A DNA stretch of 64,000 nucleotides from Octopus vulgaris (lineage: Eukaryota): positions 90,024,001 to 90,088,000 of the forward strand of contig OX597824.1 in the NCBI GenBank assembly GCA_951406725.2. The letters are read 5' to 3'. The notes beneath the pieces were generated by a model, which saw nothing but the letters and a program-made list of their open reading frames with translations, did not search any database and was not told the DNA's origin. Below are positions 1 to 13,706 of the stretch, one piece after another (position 1 is the stretch's first letter; each line of letters starts with the position of its first letter). Made by a program: the position numbers and the translations under genes.

Positions 1-877
1 GATGGTGATGATGGTGGTGGTGGTGATGGTGATGATGGTGGTGGGGGAGAAGAAACGGTTTATAAAGGTGATGGTGGTGGTGGTGATGGTGATGATGGTG
101 GTGGTGGTGATGGTGATGGTGGTGGTGGTTATGTGATGACGGTGGTTATGCTAGTGGTGGTGGAGAAGAAACGGTTTATAAAGGTGATGGTGGTGGTGGT
201 GATGATGATTGTGGTGGTGGTGATGGTGATGGTGGTGGTGGTGGTGATGATGGTTAGGATGGTAACATTATATGTAGCTGATTTAAACTATGCTCCTTGC
301 AAATATTACTGCTGCTATGAATGTGTTTACCACCAACAACAACAACAGCCTCAAATAATATATTAATAGTTACTCACTCTGTTAGAAATAACAGCCAAAT
401 CACCTCTAAATAACACATTATGTAACCCTTTGCCTGTCCTAAGCATTTTCATAAATTTGTCCATAGGCACTGGAATGGCTGTGTGGTAAGTAGCTTGCAT
501 ACCAACCACATGGTTCCGGGTTCAGTCCCACTGTGTGGCACCTTGTGCAAGTGTCTTCTACTATAGCCATGGGCCGACCAAAGCCTTGTGAGTAGATTTG
601 GTCGATGGAAACTGAAAGAAGCCCGATGTATACGTATATATATGTATATGTTTGTGTGTGTGTGTGTATATGTTTGTCCCCCCACCATCGCTTGACAACC
701 AATGTTGTTGTGTTTACGTCCCTGTAACTTTGCAGTTTGGCAAAAAGAGACTACCGGGCTTACAAAGAAAAAATCCTGGGGGTCAATGATTTGTTTGACT
801 AAAGGCAGTGCTCCAGCATGGCCGCAGTTTAAATGACTGAAACAAATAAAATAATAATCGTTCCTGTTTGTTTTCAG

Positions 878-936
878 ACTTTCACATAATTAGTCCTCGT
901 TTCGTATGTTCTAACGAATAGAAAGCTTTTACTTTC
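878..936 (+). other. Possible non-coding 5' UTR exon of the PLC-beta gene
   Basis: Unique, relatively CpG-rich sequence with acceptor ttcctgtttgttttcag (ending 877) and donor gtaagc (937; alternative gtatgt at 904). The ATG exon has its own acceptor, so at least one upstream exon must exist. No transcript evidence. Confidence 0.25.
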
Positions 937-1941
937 GTAAGCTTCAAGTTGCTCTGGTGATTGAAAGAAAAACTGTCAACACATATCACCCATGAGGCAT
1001 GGATGCTGGGGAATGGCACATTGGATAATAGAGTCCTAGATACACCATTCTTTTATTTGTTTCAGTCACTTGACTGCAGCCATTCTGGAACATCGCTTTT
1101 AGTCAAACAAATCTACCCCAGGTCTTATTCTTTGTAAGCCTAGTACTTACACTATCAGGCTCATTTGCCGAACCGCTAAGTTACAGGGATGTAAACACAC
1201 ACACACATACACACAACATGTCTATGTATATTTATTTCTTTATTGCCCACAGGGGGCTAAACATAGAGGGAACAAACAAGGACAGACAAAGGAATTAAGT
1301 TGATTACATCGACCCCATTGCATAACTGGTACTTATTTAATCGACCCCGAAAGGATGAAAGGCAAAGTCGACCTCAGCAGAATTTGAACTCAGAATGTAA
1401 CAGCAGACGAAATACCACTAGGCATTTCACCTGGTGTGCTAACGATTCTGCCAGCTCATGGCCTTATGTCTATGTATATTAGTAACTCCTAATTAATTTC
1501 ATTCATATGTATAAAAATAGAACCAATATATATTTCTGTGAAATTCATTTTCATTAATTTATGAATTTATTCCTTTACAATAATAATAATTTTCGCTCAA
1601 GGCCAGCAATTTTGAGGGTAGGGAATAAGTCAGTTACGGGAAACTTCATGTTGGAATGAAATGAAAAGTTCAAGATCCAAGCAGTTCAAATTGGAAGTTA
1701 AGATAATTTGGAAGACCGCATCTCATTTGTTTTACCCTTTATTTTGGTTACTACGACTGGATGTCATTCCTGTTACCATAGGCATAGGAGTGGCTCTGTG
1801 GTAAGTAGCTTGCTTACCAACCACATGGTTCCGGGTTCAGTTCCATTGCATGGCACCTTGGGCAAGTGTCTCCTACTATAGCCATGGACTGACCAAAGCC
1901 TTGTGAGTGGATTTAGAGGACAGAAACTGAAAGAAGCTCGT

Positions 1942-1981
<40 letters not shown>

Positions 1982-3108
1982 TGTGTGTCTGTGTTTGTCC
2001 CCACAACATCCCTTGACAACCAATGCTGGTGTACTTACGTCCCTGTAATTTAGTGGTTTGGCAAAAGAGACCAATAGAATAAGTACTCGGCTTACAAAGA
2101 ATAAGTCCTGGAGTCGACTTGCTCGACTAAAGGTGGTGCTCCAGCATGGCTACAGTCAAATGACTGAAGCAAATAAAAGAGTAAAACAGTAACCACTTCA
2201 CAGAGGGCACTGGATGTATTGTATCATGGCACTTGAAGGGATGTCTTGTCCTCAACAAGATGAAACTAAAAGGCAGGCCCTCTCAGCCCTAAATTTTCTT
2301 CATAAATTTGCCAAACCCTTACAGAGCAGACAGGGTTCATGTTATTGTGAATCCAGCATGAGAGAAGTTGTTTTGTACATTGAAAGATTAAAAATTCCTC
2401 ACTACAAAACATGTTTGATCATATGATCACTGGAGGAAATGTGGCTGAAAAGGTAAATGGGTGAAAGAATGATAAATGAAGATTAAGGAAAGGGAGTTAT
2501 TGTATGAGGCTGGAAACAGTGATTCAGAATGATGCAGATAGACAACAGTAAGAGTAAGTGATGGATGGCAATAATATGTGGTGTTGGGGAGAGTGAGTGA
2601 TGACTGGCAGGACAGCAGGAAGAGTGGTAACAGAGTGCATCAAGTACAAAAAGGTTTGGTTCAATATCTCATGAGGGTCACAAGATGAGTGAACGAAGAA
2701 AAAATTATAAGGGCAGTGGTTGGAAGGAAGTATGGGAAGTAAGGCAGTTCCAGTACCATCTTTCATTACAAGGAATGCACATGAATGACAGATGTGAGTT
2801 AGAGTAACGAGTGATACATACACTTGTACATATATACATATGTGTGGTGTGCCTTTGAAGGCTTGCCAGTAAATGCTTATCCGACAGACTGATGATCTGT
2901 GGTCGATGAAACTTCAAAGTCCCAGTTGCTTTTTATTTCTGTCTAATAAATTACACACACTCTCCAGATATATCAAATTCTTTTCCAGTATATAATATTT
3001 ATTATTTTTGATTAATTTTTTTAATAACACTAACTTCACCTCTCTCTCGTACCTACCTTCATACATACATAAACACACACTCATATACATGCAGACATAT
3101 ACACATCA

Positions 3109-3154
<46 letters not shown>

Positions 3155-3171
3155 CATTATTATTATTATCA

Positions 3172-3217
<46 letters not shown>

Positions 3218-3519
3218 GGTGATGATGATGATGAGCCAGTCTATAAATACATGTAAATTCTGAATTTCTAAAGTTTCAATTTTTACTCATTAACAAACCA
3301 GTGTGCTGCAGCGAGTGATTCCTATTCGGGTTTCCATTTACAGAATCTTCCAAGATGCTGTATATATCACTGCTTCATTCTTCCTGCATGCCAATTGTTT
3401 AACATATCATCTGACGCTAAGAAGCCATCACCTCACATTTTCTTCAAGGTTGAATTTTGACAGTTGCGCTCCACCATCACCTCCACTACCACCTGCCAAC
3501 TTAACTTTTTAACATTTAT

Positions 3520-3929
3520 TCCAAAGCTGTGATCCCTGTGCCGGTGGCACGTAAAAAGCACCATCCGAATGTGGTCGATGCCAGCGCCACCTTGACTGGC
3601 TTCCGTGCCAGTGGCACATAAAAAGTGCCATCCGAACGTGGCCGATGCCAGTGCCTCCTTGACTGGCTTCCATGCTGGTGGCACATAAAAAGCACCATCC
3701 AAACGTGGCCGATGCCAGTGCCGCCTTGACTGGCACCTGTGCCGGTGGCGCATAAAAAGCACCCACTACACTCACAGAGTGGTTGGCATTAGGAAGGGCA
3801 TCCAGCTGTAGAAACACTGCCAGATCAGACTGGAGCCTGGTGCAGCCTTCTGGCTTCCCAGACCCCAGTCGAACTGTCCAACCCATGCTAGCATGGAAAT
3901 CAGACATTAAACGATGATGATGATGATGA
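3520..3929 (+). mobile_element. RTE LINE 3' UTR copy with four 67-bp internal units
   Basis: Units gtgccggtggcacgtaaaaagcacc at 3538, 3605, 3672 and 3739, then ggcattaggaagggcatccagctgtagaaac...aacgatgatgat. Further copies at about 7078-7590(-), 13283-13648(+), 20075-20316(+), 42947-43308(-), 44236-44468(+), 52850-53167(+) and 60935-61277(+), plus older fragments. Confidence 0.85.
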
Positions 3930-6459
3930 TATCCTACCCAAAATTTTCTACTCGTTTTCTCTTCAAACAGGCTAGATGTGGCCTTTCACACCTATCCTAC
4001 TATGTCGTTCTAAACACAAACAATTACTTCGTTGAAATCTCAAAAACTACAAGATAATCCAGGATTATTGGAATAAATAAATATGGATTAGATTTAACAA
4101 AGTAATCTGAATACTAAAGGATTTAAAAAAAAGAAAGAGGTGTAGGCATGGGTGTGTGGTAAGAAACTTGCTTTCTAACCACATGGTTCTCGGTTCAGTC
4201 TCACTGCATGGCACTTTTGGAAAGTGTCTTCTGCTATATCAGTGGTTCCCAACATGTGGTCCACGGACCAGTGGTGGTCTTCAAAGGTAATAATGGGGGT
4301 CCGTGAATTAAATTCAAAATTTCATTTATATACACACACACACACACACACACACATACACACACACACACACACATATCAGGATAAGCATATTCAAAGC
4401 TGTCTGTGGGAAGACCCATTTAAATAATTATTATTTGCTAATCTTTTCCTCAAAAACAAACATTCACTTCTCTAATTATTACAATTCTTGTAACCTTAAT
4501 CTTTTACTTGCTGGGGCATTACCTTGAACAATATTTAGTTGAATAAACTGACCCCAGCACTTAATTTTTTTTTTTTCTTGTGAAACCTGGTACTTATTCT
4601 ATCAGTGTCTTTTATTGAACCATTAAGTTAAAGGGACATAAACACACTAACACCGTTTCTCAAGCAGTGGATGGGAACAAACATAAACAAAAACATACAC
4701 ACACATATATGATAGGCTTCTTTCAGTTTCCATCTAACAAATCTACTCTCAAGGCTTTGGTTGGCTAGAGGCTATTGTACAGTGATTCCCAACCTTTTCC
4801 ATATGTATATATGTATATATATAGGTGTGTGTGTGTCTGTGTTTGTCCCCCTGCCAACACTTGACAACCGATGCTGGTGTGTTTATGTCCCAGTAGCTTA
4901 GCAGTTTGGCAAAAGAGACCGATAGAATAAGTACTAGACTTACAAAGCTTAAGTCCTGGGGTCGATTTCTTTGGCTAAAACCCTTTAAGGCAGTGCTCCG
5001 GCATGGCCACAGTCAACTGACTGAAGCAAGTAAAAGAATAAAAGAATATGTGTGTGTGTGTTGGGGGTGGTGTATGTGTGTGTGTGTGTGTACTGTATAT
5101 GATGGCATAAAAGATACACAGACATCATCATCATTTGATACCAGTTTTCCATGCTGGCATGGGTTGGACGGTTTGACAGGGAGCTGTCAAAGCCAGGTGC
5201 TGTACCAGGCCCCAATTGTCTGTTTTGGCAGGGTTTCTATGGCTGAATGCCCTTCCTAATGCCAACCACTTTACAGTGAGTACTGCATGCTTTTTACATG
5301 GCACCAGCACTGCCAAGGTCACCGAGCAACCTCCAAGACAACTCCTCAGCTGGGCGTGGAGGGGAGAGTAGTATAAAGGAGGGGGCGGCGGTTGGCACCA
5401 GTTGAGAGATTAAAGGTGAAGAGGCACAAGGGTAGAGTAGATACAGAAATACCCCAGTTGGAAAAGAAAGGAGGATAAGTTAGAGAGTAAGATAAAGAGA
5501 GCAATGGTGAGAGAGGTGGTGGCAAAGATGTGTTGAAAAATGCCCTCGAGGGCATGTGACAAGCAATCACATCATTGAAATCTCAAAGCTATGAGATAAC
5601 GAATCATTGATTTAAAATATTAGGAATAGATAAACATTACATTTGACAGAGTAATCTGAATGCTAAAGGGTTAAAGGTTATGCTTGTCTTGAGATACTCA
5701 GCCGCTTATTCACAAATTCAGTGAGTCTGGTTGTTGAATTAATCAAACTGCTGAAAACTGATCGTCTGAGATTCAGGATGAGATCAATTATTGCCACTTT
5801 GAGATCTTTCTTGCCTGCCCCCACTTCTCTTTTGCCCCTGCCCTTCTCCTTTGCCCCTCCTCTTCGCTTTTGCCCCTCCCCTTCTCTTTTGCCCCTCCCC
5901 TTTGCCAACTGTGTCATTGCTATCCTGCTGCTCCCCCATGTACCTATGTTGAGACATGCCCATGAGGGACGAGGGCGGGGTTGAGAATAAGTGAGGTGAT
6001 AAGAAATGCATTTCAGTTTCTGTGACATGTATTCAGGCTGAAAAGGTTTAAGTAGACTGAAACATGTAAGAATGGTCAAACACTGCATTTGAGACCAAAG
6101 GGTTTTTTTTTTCCATCTTTTGAAACATCTTTTTTGGAAAGGGTGTACCTTTGTGAATCACCAAATATGGTATGCATTGTCTTGTGAGTTACTTGGCAAC
6201 CCTAGATGTACCAGTGTCTCGTAAAAAGCACCCAGTACACTATGTGAAGTGGTTGGTATTAGGGAGGGCATCCAGCCATAGAAACTATGCCATAGCAGAC
6301 ATTGGAGTTTGGCACAGTCCTCAGGCTTTTACTGGTTCCTGCAAACCGTCCAACCCATGCCAGCATGGAAAATGGATGTTGGACAATGACAATAATGATG
6401 TATGTATGTGTATATACATACATATATATATATACACATATATATATGTGTATATATAT

Positions 6460-6682
6460 AAGAGAGTGTAATTCAGCAGGAGGACTTAAACGACATGCAA
6501 AGGTACATGAAGCCCAGTTACAACTACAGCCAGCTATTACCGGTAAAGGTTTTAGCTGCCAATTCTGTACAAGACATTATAGATCTTTAGCTGGGCTAAA
6601 AAGTCATATTCGATCACAGCACCAGTAACAGTTAAGCTTCATGCAATGGCCATACTCGATAACGAGGGGGCAGACATCATAT
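6460..6682 (+). mobile_element. 3' end of an RTE/BovB-like LINE with C-terminal C2H2-type zinc finger
   Basis: RECNSAGGLKRHAKVH...FSCQFCTRHYRSLAGLKSHIRSQHQ* (CxxC-x12-H-x3/4-H) is followed by a short 3' UTR and abuts a (TA)n run; no splice signals. Confidence 0.6.
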
Positions 6683-9600
6683 GTATATATATTTATGTGT
6701 ATAGGGAAAGCGTGTGGCCAAGTGGTTTGGGTATTCAGTTTAAGATTATAAGATCCTGGGTTCGATATCTGGTGACCTGTGTCCTTAAGCAAGTCTTTTT
6801 ACCTCACATCGTCCCAGTCCACCCAGCTGATAAAAATGAGTAGTACCTTTCATTTCAAAGGGGTCATAACTTGTCACACTCTGTGTCATGCTTAATCTCC
6901 CTGAGAACTTCGTCAAGGATACGTTAGTTCCGCAACGACTCTGTTCTGTTGATCGGATCGACTGGAACCCTCATTGCCATAACCGATGGAGCGCCAGTCT
7001 CAATATGTATGTGTTTGTGTGTAAGTATGTGTATGTACGCATGCACATGTTAGTATGTGTATAAGTATATATGTTGTCATCATCATCGTTTAACGTCCGT
7101 TTTCCATGCTAGCATGGGTTGGACGGTTTGACCGGGGTCTGGGAAGCCAGGAGGCTGCACCAGGCTCCAGTCTGATCTGGCAATGTTTCTACAGCTGGAT
7201 GCCCTTTCTAATGCCAACCACTTCGTGAGTGTAGTGGGTGCTTTTTACGTGCCACCGGCACAGGTGCCAGGGGAGGTTGGCAACGGTCACAATCGATTGC
7301 TGGCTTTTACGTGCCACTGACACGGAACCCAGTCAAGTTGGCGCTGGCATCGGCCACGTATGTATGGTGCTTTTTACGTGCCACCAGCACAGGTGCCAGG
7401 GTCACGAACGGTTGGTGCTTTTTACATGCCACCGACATAGAAGTCAGTCAAGTCGGGACTGGCATCGACCACGTACGGATGGTGCTTTTTATGTGCCACT
7501 GGCACTGGTGCCAGGGTGTGCTGATGTGGCCACGAATGGTTGGTGCTTTTTACATGCCACTGGCACAAGAGCCAGTCAAGGCGGCGCATTTAATCAGGAG
7601 ATCACCGTTCATAGGGGTCGGGTCGATGACTTAGTTTGCAAATATTATTTCTACTTGTAGTTTGACTTTTTCTATTCAAATGACAAAAATCAAATCGAGA
7701 TGAGGCCCCTCCCCTCGACGCACAAATATTTTCCTTTTCACATCTACACAAAAGAGACTGACACAGTTTCATTCTTTCCTTTCTTTGCTTTTTTATCCTC
7801 CCCCCCACTTGTTTCCTGTCATACCCCCATCTCTATTATGTGTGTGTGTGTATGTATGCATGTATTAATTTGTAATATTTACTAATTCATGTTATGTAGA
7901 GCATTGCGCCAAGCAGTAGTGTCGCTTTGTTAATATACATGGCTCCACATAAGCTCTCTATACCTCTACAGACATAACCACCACCACCACCACCACTGCT
8001 ACCACCACCACTACTACTATCGCTACTAACCACCACTACCACAACCACTGCTACCCACTACTACCAGCAACACCACCACCACTATCACCGCCATCACTAC
8101 TACTATCCAGCACCACCACCACCACCACTACCACCACCACCACAACCACTACCACCACCACAACCACCACCACAACCACCACCACCACTGCTACCCACCA
8201 TCATCACTACCATCACCACCATCACTACTACTGTCAACACCACCACTATCACCAATACCACCACCACCACCACTCCCACTTCTACCCACCACTACCACAA
8301 CCACTGCTACCCACCATCACTACTACCACCACCACTATCTGTTTCACATTCACACATTGCAATATACCAAATATATCACTTTTAAAGTTGTTTCGTCCCC
8401 AACCCCACCCCACCACCACCACCACAACCACCACCAATACTACCTGGGTTGTTTAATCTGGGTGGAACACAAAACTTAATTGTCCTCACTTATGTAACAG
8501 GCTGCATTGAACTTCAGGGGACTTTCAGAGTACATCAGGCTATTGATGTTTTGGATGCAGTTCTACAAGTGGTGTAGAGGTTGTAGTAGTTACAGCTCAG
8601 GTGCATGGCTTAGCGGTTAGGGTGTTTGGCTCATAACTGTGAGTTCAATTCCCAGCAGTATTTTGTGTTCTTGAGCAAGATAGGTGCAGGAGTGGTTGTG
8701 TGGTAAGAAGCTTGCTTACCAGCCACATGATTCAGGGTTCAGTCCCACTGCACAGCACCTTTGACAAGTGTGTTTCAACTATAGCTTCAGGCCAACCAAA
8801 GCCTCATGAGTGGATTTAGTAGACGGAAACTGAAAGAAGCCCTTCGTACATATATATGTATGTATGTGTGTGTTTGTGTATGTGTTGTTTGTGTTTCTGT
8901 GTTTGTCCCCCAACCATCGCTTGACATCCGATATTGGTGTGTTTCTGTCCATGTAACTTAGCAGTTTGGCAAAAGAGACTAATAGAATAAGTACTAGGCT
9001 TACAAAGAATAAGTTCTGAGATCGGTTGGTAGAATAGTAGAGAAAAATGCCTTGTGGTATTTAGTCAGGGCCCTTTTCATTCTGAATTAAAATCCCATTG
9101 AGGTCACCTTTACTGCTGGTTCTTCCAGTTCATTAACATGACAAAAATAGAGGCCAAATCTCTCAGAACCCACCTTTTTTTCTCAAGTTCTCAGACTCAT
9201 AAGACTGGTTTCCGTGGCATCTGTTTGGCTGAGTTCACATTGTCCCTAAAAGGGATACTAGTCCATCGCAGGGTTCAAGGCCAACAACTTTGAGGGGAGG
9301 GGTAGACAAGTCAATACCATCAACCCCAGTGCTTGAAGGGTACTTTATTTTTTCGACTCCCAAAAAGATGAAAAGTAAAGTTCACCTGGGCAGGATTTGA
9401 ACTCAGAACATAAAGAACTGAAAGAAACACTTCGAAGCATTTTGTCCGATATGCTACCAACTCTTCCAGTTTGCTGCCTCAGATTACCATTTACTGTCTT
9501 GAAAATAAGGATGGATATGCTAAATGGTACAATCTTAGGTGCAGGCGTGGTTGTGTGGTAAGAAGCTTGCTTCCTAACCACATGGTTCTAAGTTCAGTTC

Positions 9601-10705
9601 CACTGCGAGGCACCTCGGAGGACAAGTGTCTTCTACAATAGCCTTGGGCTGAATAAAGCCTTATGAGTGGATTTGGTAGACAAAAACTGAAAGAAACCCA
9701 TCATTTTTATGTGTGTCTTTGTGTCTGTGTTTCTCACCCCCACCACCATCACTTAACAACCGATGTTGGTGTGTTTACATCCCCATAACTTCGGGAAAAG
9801 AAACTGATAGAATAAGTACTAGGCTTACAAAGAATAAGTCCTGGGGTCGATTTTTTTTAACTAAAAAGAAAAAAAGGTGGTGCTCCATCCTGGCCATAGT
9901 TAAATGACTGGAACAAGAAACAAAAGTGACTGAAATGAGAATAGTATGTCCTAAAAAAATAAAACTGGGTGTGACGGTCACAGCTGGAATGTCTTTGATG
10001 GTAAGTGTGCACTCTCAGGCCAACTTGGGGGTAAACAGTGACAGCAGATGAAGTTAAAACAAAGAAGGGAACTGGTATGTAGTTATTCCCACAACCTACC
10101 AGAAATACAAACCAAATCTTCTTTGAATTACTCTTTACTGTCTTCAAAAATAGAAGGACACCTTAATGATGTAAACCTAGAAACAATAGGACAGACTTTG
10201 AGGGCAAATGATTGAGGGCAAATGATTGAGGACAAATGATTGAGGACAAATGATTGAAAAGATTATGAATAGCAGTGAAAGAACTTTGACTAACAATCAA
10301 TCAATTGAACCATTAAACAAATGATTAATTAATTAACTGATTAGATATTTAACTAATTGACAAATAATAACGAAGTGGAATTCAACCAATGTATGTATTA
10401 TTTAGGTAAAGACCCCCCTTGAACCATGAATGACCATGGGATTGCACCTAAAAATTCCCCCCCCCCATGGCACAAGTCTGGGCAAGGTTGTTTGTGGAAG
10501 ACCATCAGTCGCCCATGCATACCCGACTCCTCTCTGCATGCCACTGATGTTATGCAAGGGAAAGGCAAAGGGGCCAATGCAACTTGGCACCAGTGATGTC
10601 GCAACCCATTTCTACAGCTGAGTGAACTGGAGCAACGTGGAATAAAGAGTCTTGCTCAAGAACACAACACACAGCCTGGCCCGGGAACTGAACTCAGTAT
10701 CAACC

Positions 10706-11301
10706 CAGTGTTTCTCAACCTTACTGCCCTTGCGTATCCCTGAAAATAAATTACATGTCTCAAGGAACCTCTACCCAAAAAGAATTATATGCTATATCTT
10801 CCTCATATATTTTTCAACGTAGTTTATGTGGTAAATATCATATGTATATATATATAACTTAGAAAGGTTTTGGCCAGTTTTGACCCAGGCCATGTCTAAA
10901 TTAATAGCACCACCTGGCGAAGTCTTTCAGTTCAGGATTTGGGCACCAAGGCCCATTCGAAAAGAGAGTTATTGTTTGTGGAGACATATCCAGGTGTGGG
11001 TGGTTTGTCTGGGACTGCTTGAAGGAATTTGTCCAAAGACTTCTTGAATTTTGTGTGGTCAGTTTCTGTTTTGACTTGTCCTGGTGTAATGTTGAAGACA
11101 GCAGGGCCAATTGAGGTGAAATAATTGTGCCGTATTGTTGTTATGAGATGCAATTACAAGATTACCAATAATATGTTGTGCATATATAGTAATATTACAA
11201 TCATGGAATTTACATTAGCTTATCTTACTCTTTCTCACAGAACCCCTAGGAACCTTTTGCAGAACCCTAGGGTTCCAGGGAACCCCAGTTGAGAAATGCT
11301 G
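10706..11301. mobile_element. hAT-type MITE inserted in a tRNA-SINE and itself carrying a LINE fragment
   Basis: Termini CAGTGTTTCTCAAC...GTTGAGAAATGCTG with subterminal gaaccc repeats. The 8-bp flanks (tatcaacc / ctctgacc) match only partly. Similar left ends at about 4240, 4780 and 40160. Confidence 0.7.
10858..11153 (-). mobile_element. 3' end of a CR1/L2-group LINE (ORF2 C-terminus and 3' UTR), nested in a hAT MITE
   Basis: ORF 10932-11153(-): RHNYFTSIGPAVFNITP...KFKKSLDKFLQAVPDKPPTPGY, the F...GP..FN..P...FK..LD.FL..VPD.P motif of CR1-group ORF2 ends. Confidence 0.75.
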
Positions 11302-11830
11302 CTCTGACCACTGAGCCATGCACCTTCACACGTATTATTATTACAGGTGTAATGACCCTTCTAAGACAAACCTAGAAACAATGTTTTCTTTAAAACCAAA
11401 AAATAGCTGGATGGTCATAGCTGGAAATTGTTTGATTATAAAATCTGTTGAATCAGGTCTGGCCTAGGGTTAAATAACGAGCATAAGAATAAACAGCAAC
11501 CACAGCCTCATTAAAGGCAACAGCAGCTAATGCAATTAGGCATCAAATGAATGCAACACATAAATCTCTGTTGCTTTCAATGGACAATATCTTCTGGGTG
11601 GGGTGGGAGACATGTTTAAATCTGAAGTTTTCACACCTGAATGAGAAAAAGAATATGTTGTTTACACTATTCTATAGCCAACACCTGCCATGTGTAAATA
11701 GGAAGGTAAAGAAAATATTAGAATGATAATAGCAGTTATGATAATTGGTTCCTTTGGCCATGCTTTTGAGTCTTGTCTTTTCACAGGAGGGGCAAAGGTG
11801 GCGGCAAAACAGTGGCGGCACCTGAATGTT

Positions 11831-12257
11831 TTACTCTTTTGCTCTTTTACTTGTTTCAGTCATTGGCTGTGGCCATGCTGGAGCACCGCCTTTAGTCGAG
11901 CAAATTGACCCCAGGACTTATTCTTTGCAACTCTAGTACTTATTCTATCCATTCCCTTTTGCTGAACTGCTGAGTTACGGGGGATGTAAACACACCACCA
12001 TCAGTTGTCAAGCGATGTTGGGGTGACAAACACACACAAACAAACACACACACACACACACACACATATATACATATATATATGCGATGGGCTTCTTTCA
12101 GTTTCCGTCTACCAAATCCACTCGCAAGGCTTTGGTCGGCCTGAGGCTATAGTAGACACTTGCCCAAGGTGCCACACAGTGGGAATGAACCTGGAACCAT
12201 GTGGCTGGTAAGCAAGCTTCGTACCACAAGCCACTCCTGCACCTCTTTCTCTCTCTT

Positions 12258-12298
<41 letters not shown>

Positions 12299-12479
12299 TT
12301 ATATATATATATATATGATGGGCTTCTTTCAGTTTCCATCTACCAAATCCATTCACAAGGCTTTGGTCGGCCCAAGGCTATAGTAGAAGACACTTGCCCA
12401 AGGTGCCATGCAATGGGACTGAACCCGGAGCCATGTGGTTGGTAAGCAAGCTACTTACCACACAGCCTCTCCTACGCCT
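11831..12479 (-). mobile_element. SINE family A with duplicated head (partial dimer)
   Basis: Head segment occurs twice (about 12085-12243 and 12316-12479), separated by (CT)n(TA)n. Confidence 0.85.
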
Positions 12480-13655
12480 ATTTTACTGAATTCTCTGTAG
12501 AAAAGAGAGTCTTGAGTTAGAGTGCTCAATGACAACAGTCAGAATAGATCATTGTCATCATCGTCGTCATTATCATCATTATCATTGTCATCATCGGTGT
12601 TGTCATCACAATTGTTCTTGTCGTCATCGTCATCATTGTCCTCATTAGGTGTCATCTGCACTCAGTGTGCTTTTAACATCTTTTATCCTTTATCTTTCAC
12701 CTTTTACTTGTTTCAGTCATCAGACTGCGGCCATGCTGTAGCACCGCCTTGAAAATTTTTAGTCAAACAAATCAACCCCGATAGTTTTTTTTTTATTAAC
12801 GCCGCTTACTTTTTCTATGAATCTCTTTTACCAAACCACTAAGTTACGGAGATGTAAACAAACCAACACCGGTTGTCAAGTGATGGTGAGGACAAACACA
12901 CACATACAAAAGACACACCCACATACACATATAACCACACATAAGCACATGCTTACATACATCACACATATGTCTACACAATACGCACTTCTCTACGGTT
13001 CCTGTTCACAAAATTTCATTTACAAGATATTGGTCAACCGGTGGTTCCAGTAAAAGGCATTTGTTCATGGTGCCATGCAATTGGATAGGAACTTAGAACT
13101 CTTTGATTGCAATGAAAAGTTCTTAACCCCATAGAGCCATGGTACTTTTGAATGGGCTGGGGCTGGTTATGCGAAACTGGTGTAGGATACAGCCATGAAC
13201 TCACTTGATTTGCAGGGTCTTCACAGTCACAGCATATCTCCAGATGTCTCGTTATATATATATATATATATATATATATTACGTAAGAGAACCATCCGAA
13301 CGTGGCTGTTGCCAGTGCCACCCCGACTGGCCTCGTGCCGGTGGCACGTAAAAAGCACCATCCGATCGTGGCTGTTACCAGCCTCGCCTGGCCCCCGTGC
13401 TAGTGGCACGTAAAAAGCACCATCCGATCATGGCCGTTTGCCAGCCTCGTCTGGCACCTGTGCCGGTGGCACGTAAAAAGCACCCATTACACTGACAGAG
13501 TGGTTGGCGTTAGGAAGGGCATCCAGCCATAGAAACATTGCCAGATCAGACTGGGCCTGGTGCAGCCTTCTGGCTTCCCAGACCCCAGTTGAACCGTCCA
13601 ACCCATGCCAGCATGGAAAGCAGACGCTAAACGATGATGATGATGATGAGGAGGA

Positions 13656-13706
<51 letters not shown>

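Noticed and set aside
5678-6088. 136-aa G/K/R-rich ORF on the minus strand
   Set aside because: Driven by a short cttttgcccct tandem repeat (about 5820-5905); no recognisable domain or splice structure.
6460-6628. Host C2H2 zinc-finger gene exon
   Set aside because: No acceptor site, no TGEKP-type linkers, abuts (TA)n, and ends like the terminal zinc finger and short UTR of RTE/BovB-type LINEs.
7237-7590. CRISPR array (conserved hairpin repeat with variable spacers)
   Set aside because: The spacers are homologous to one another, the array is part of an RTE LINE 3' UTR repeated many times in the window, the context is a eukaryotic intron, and no cas genes are present.
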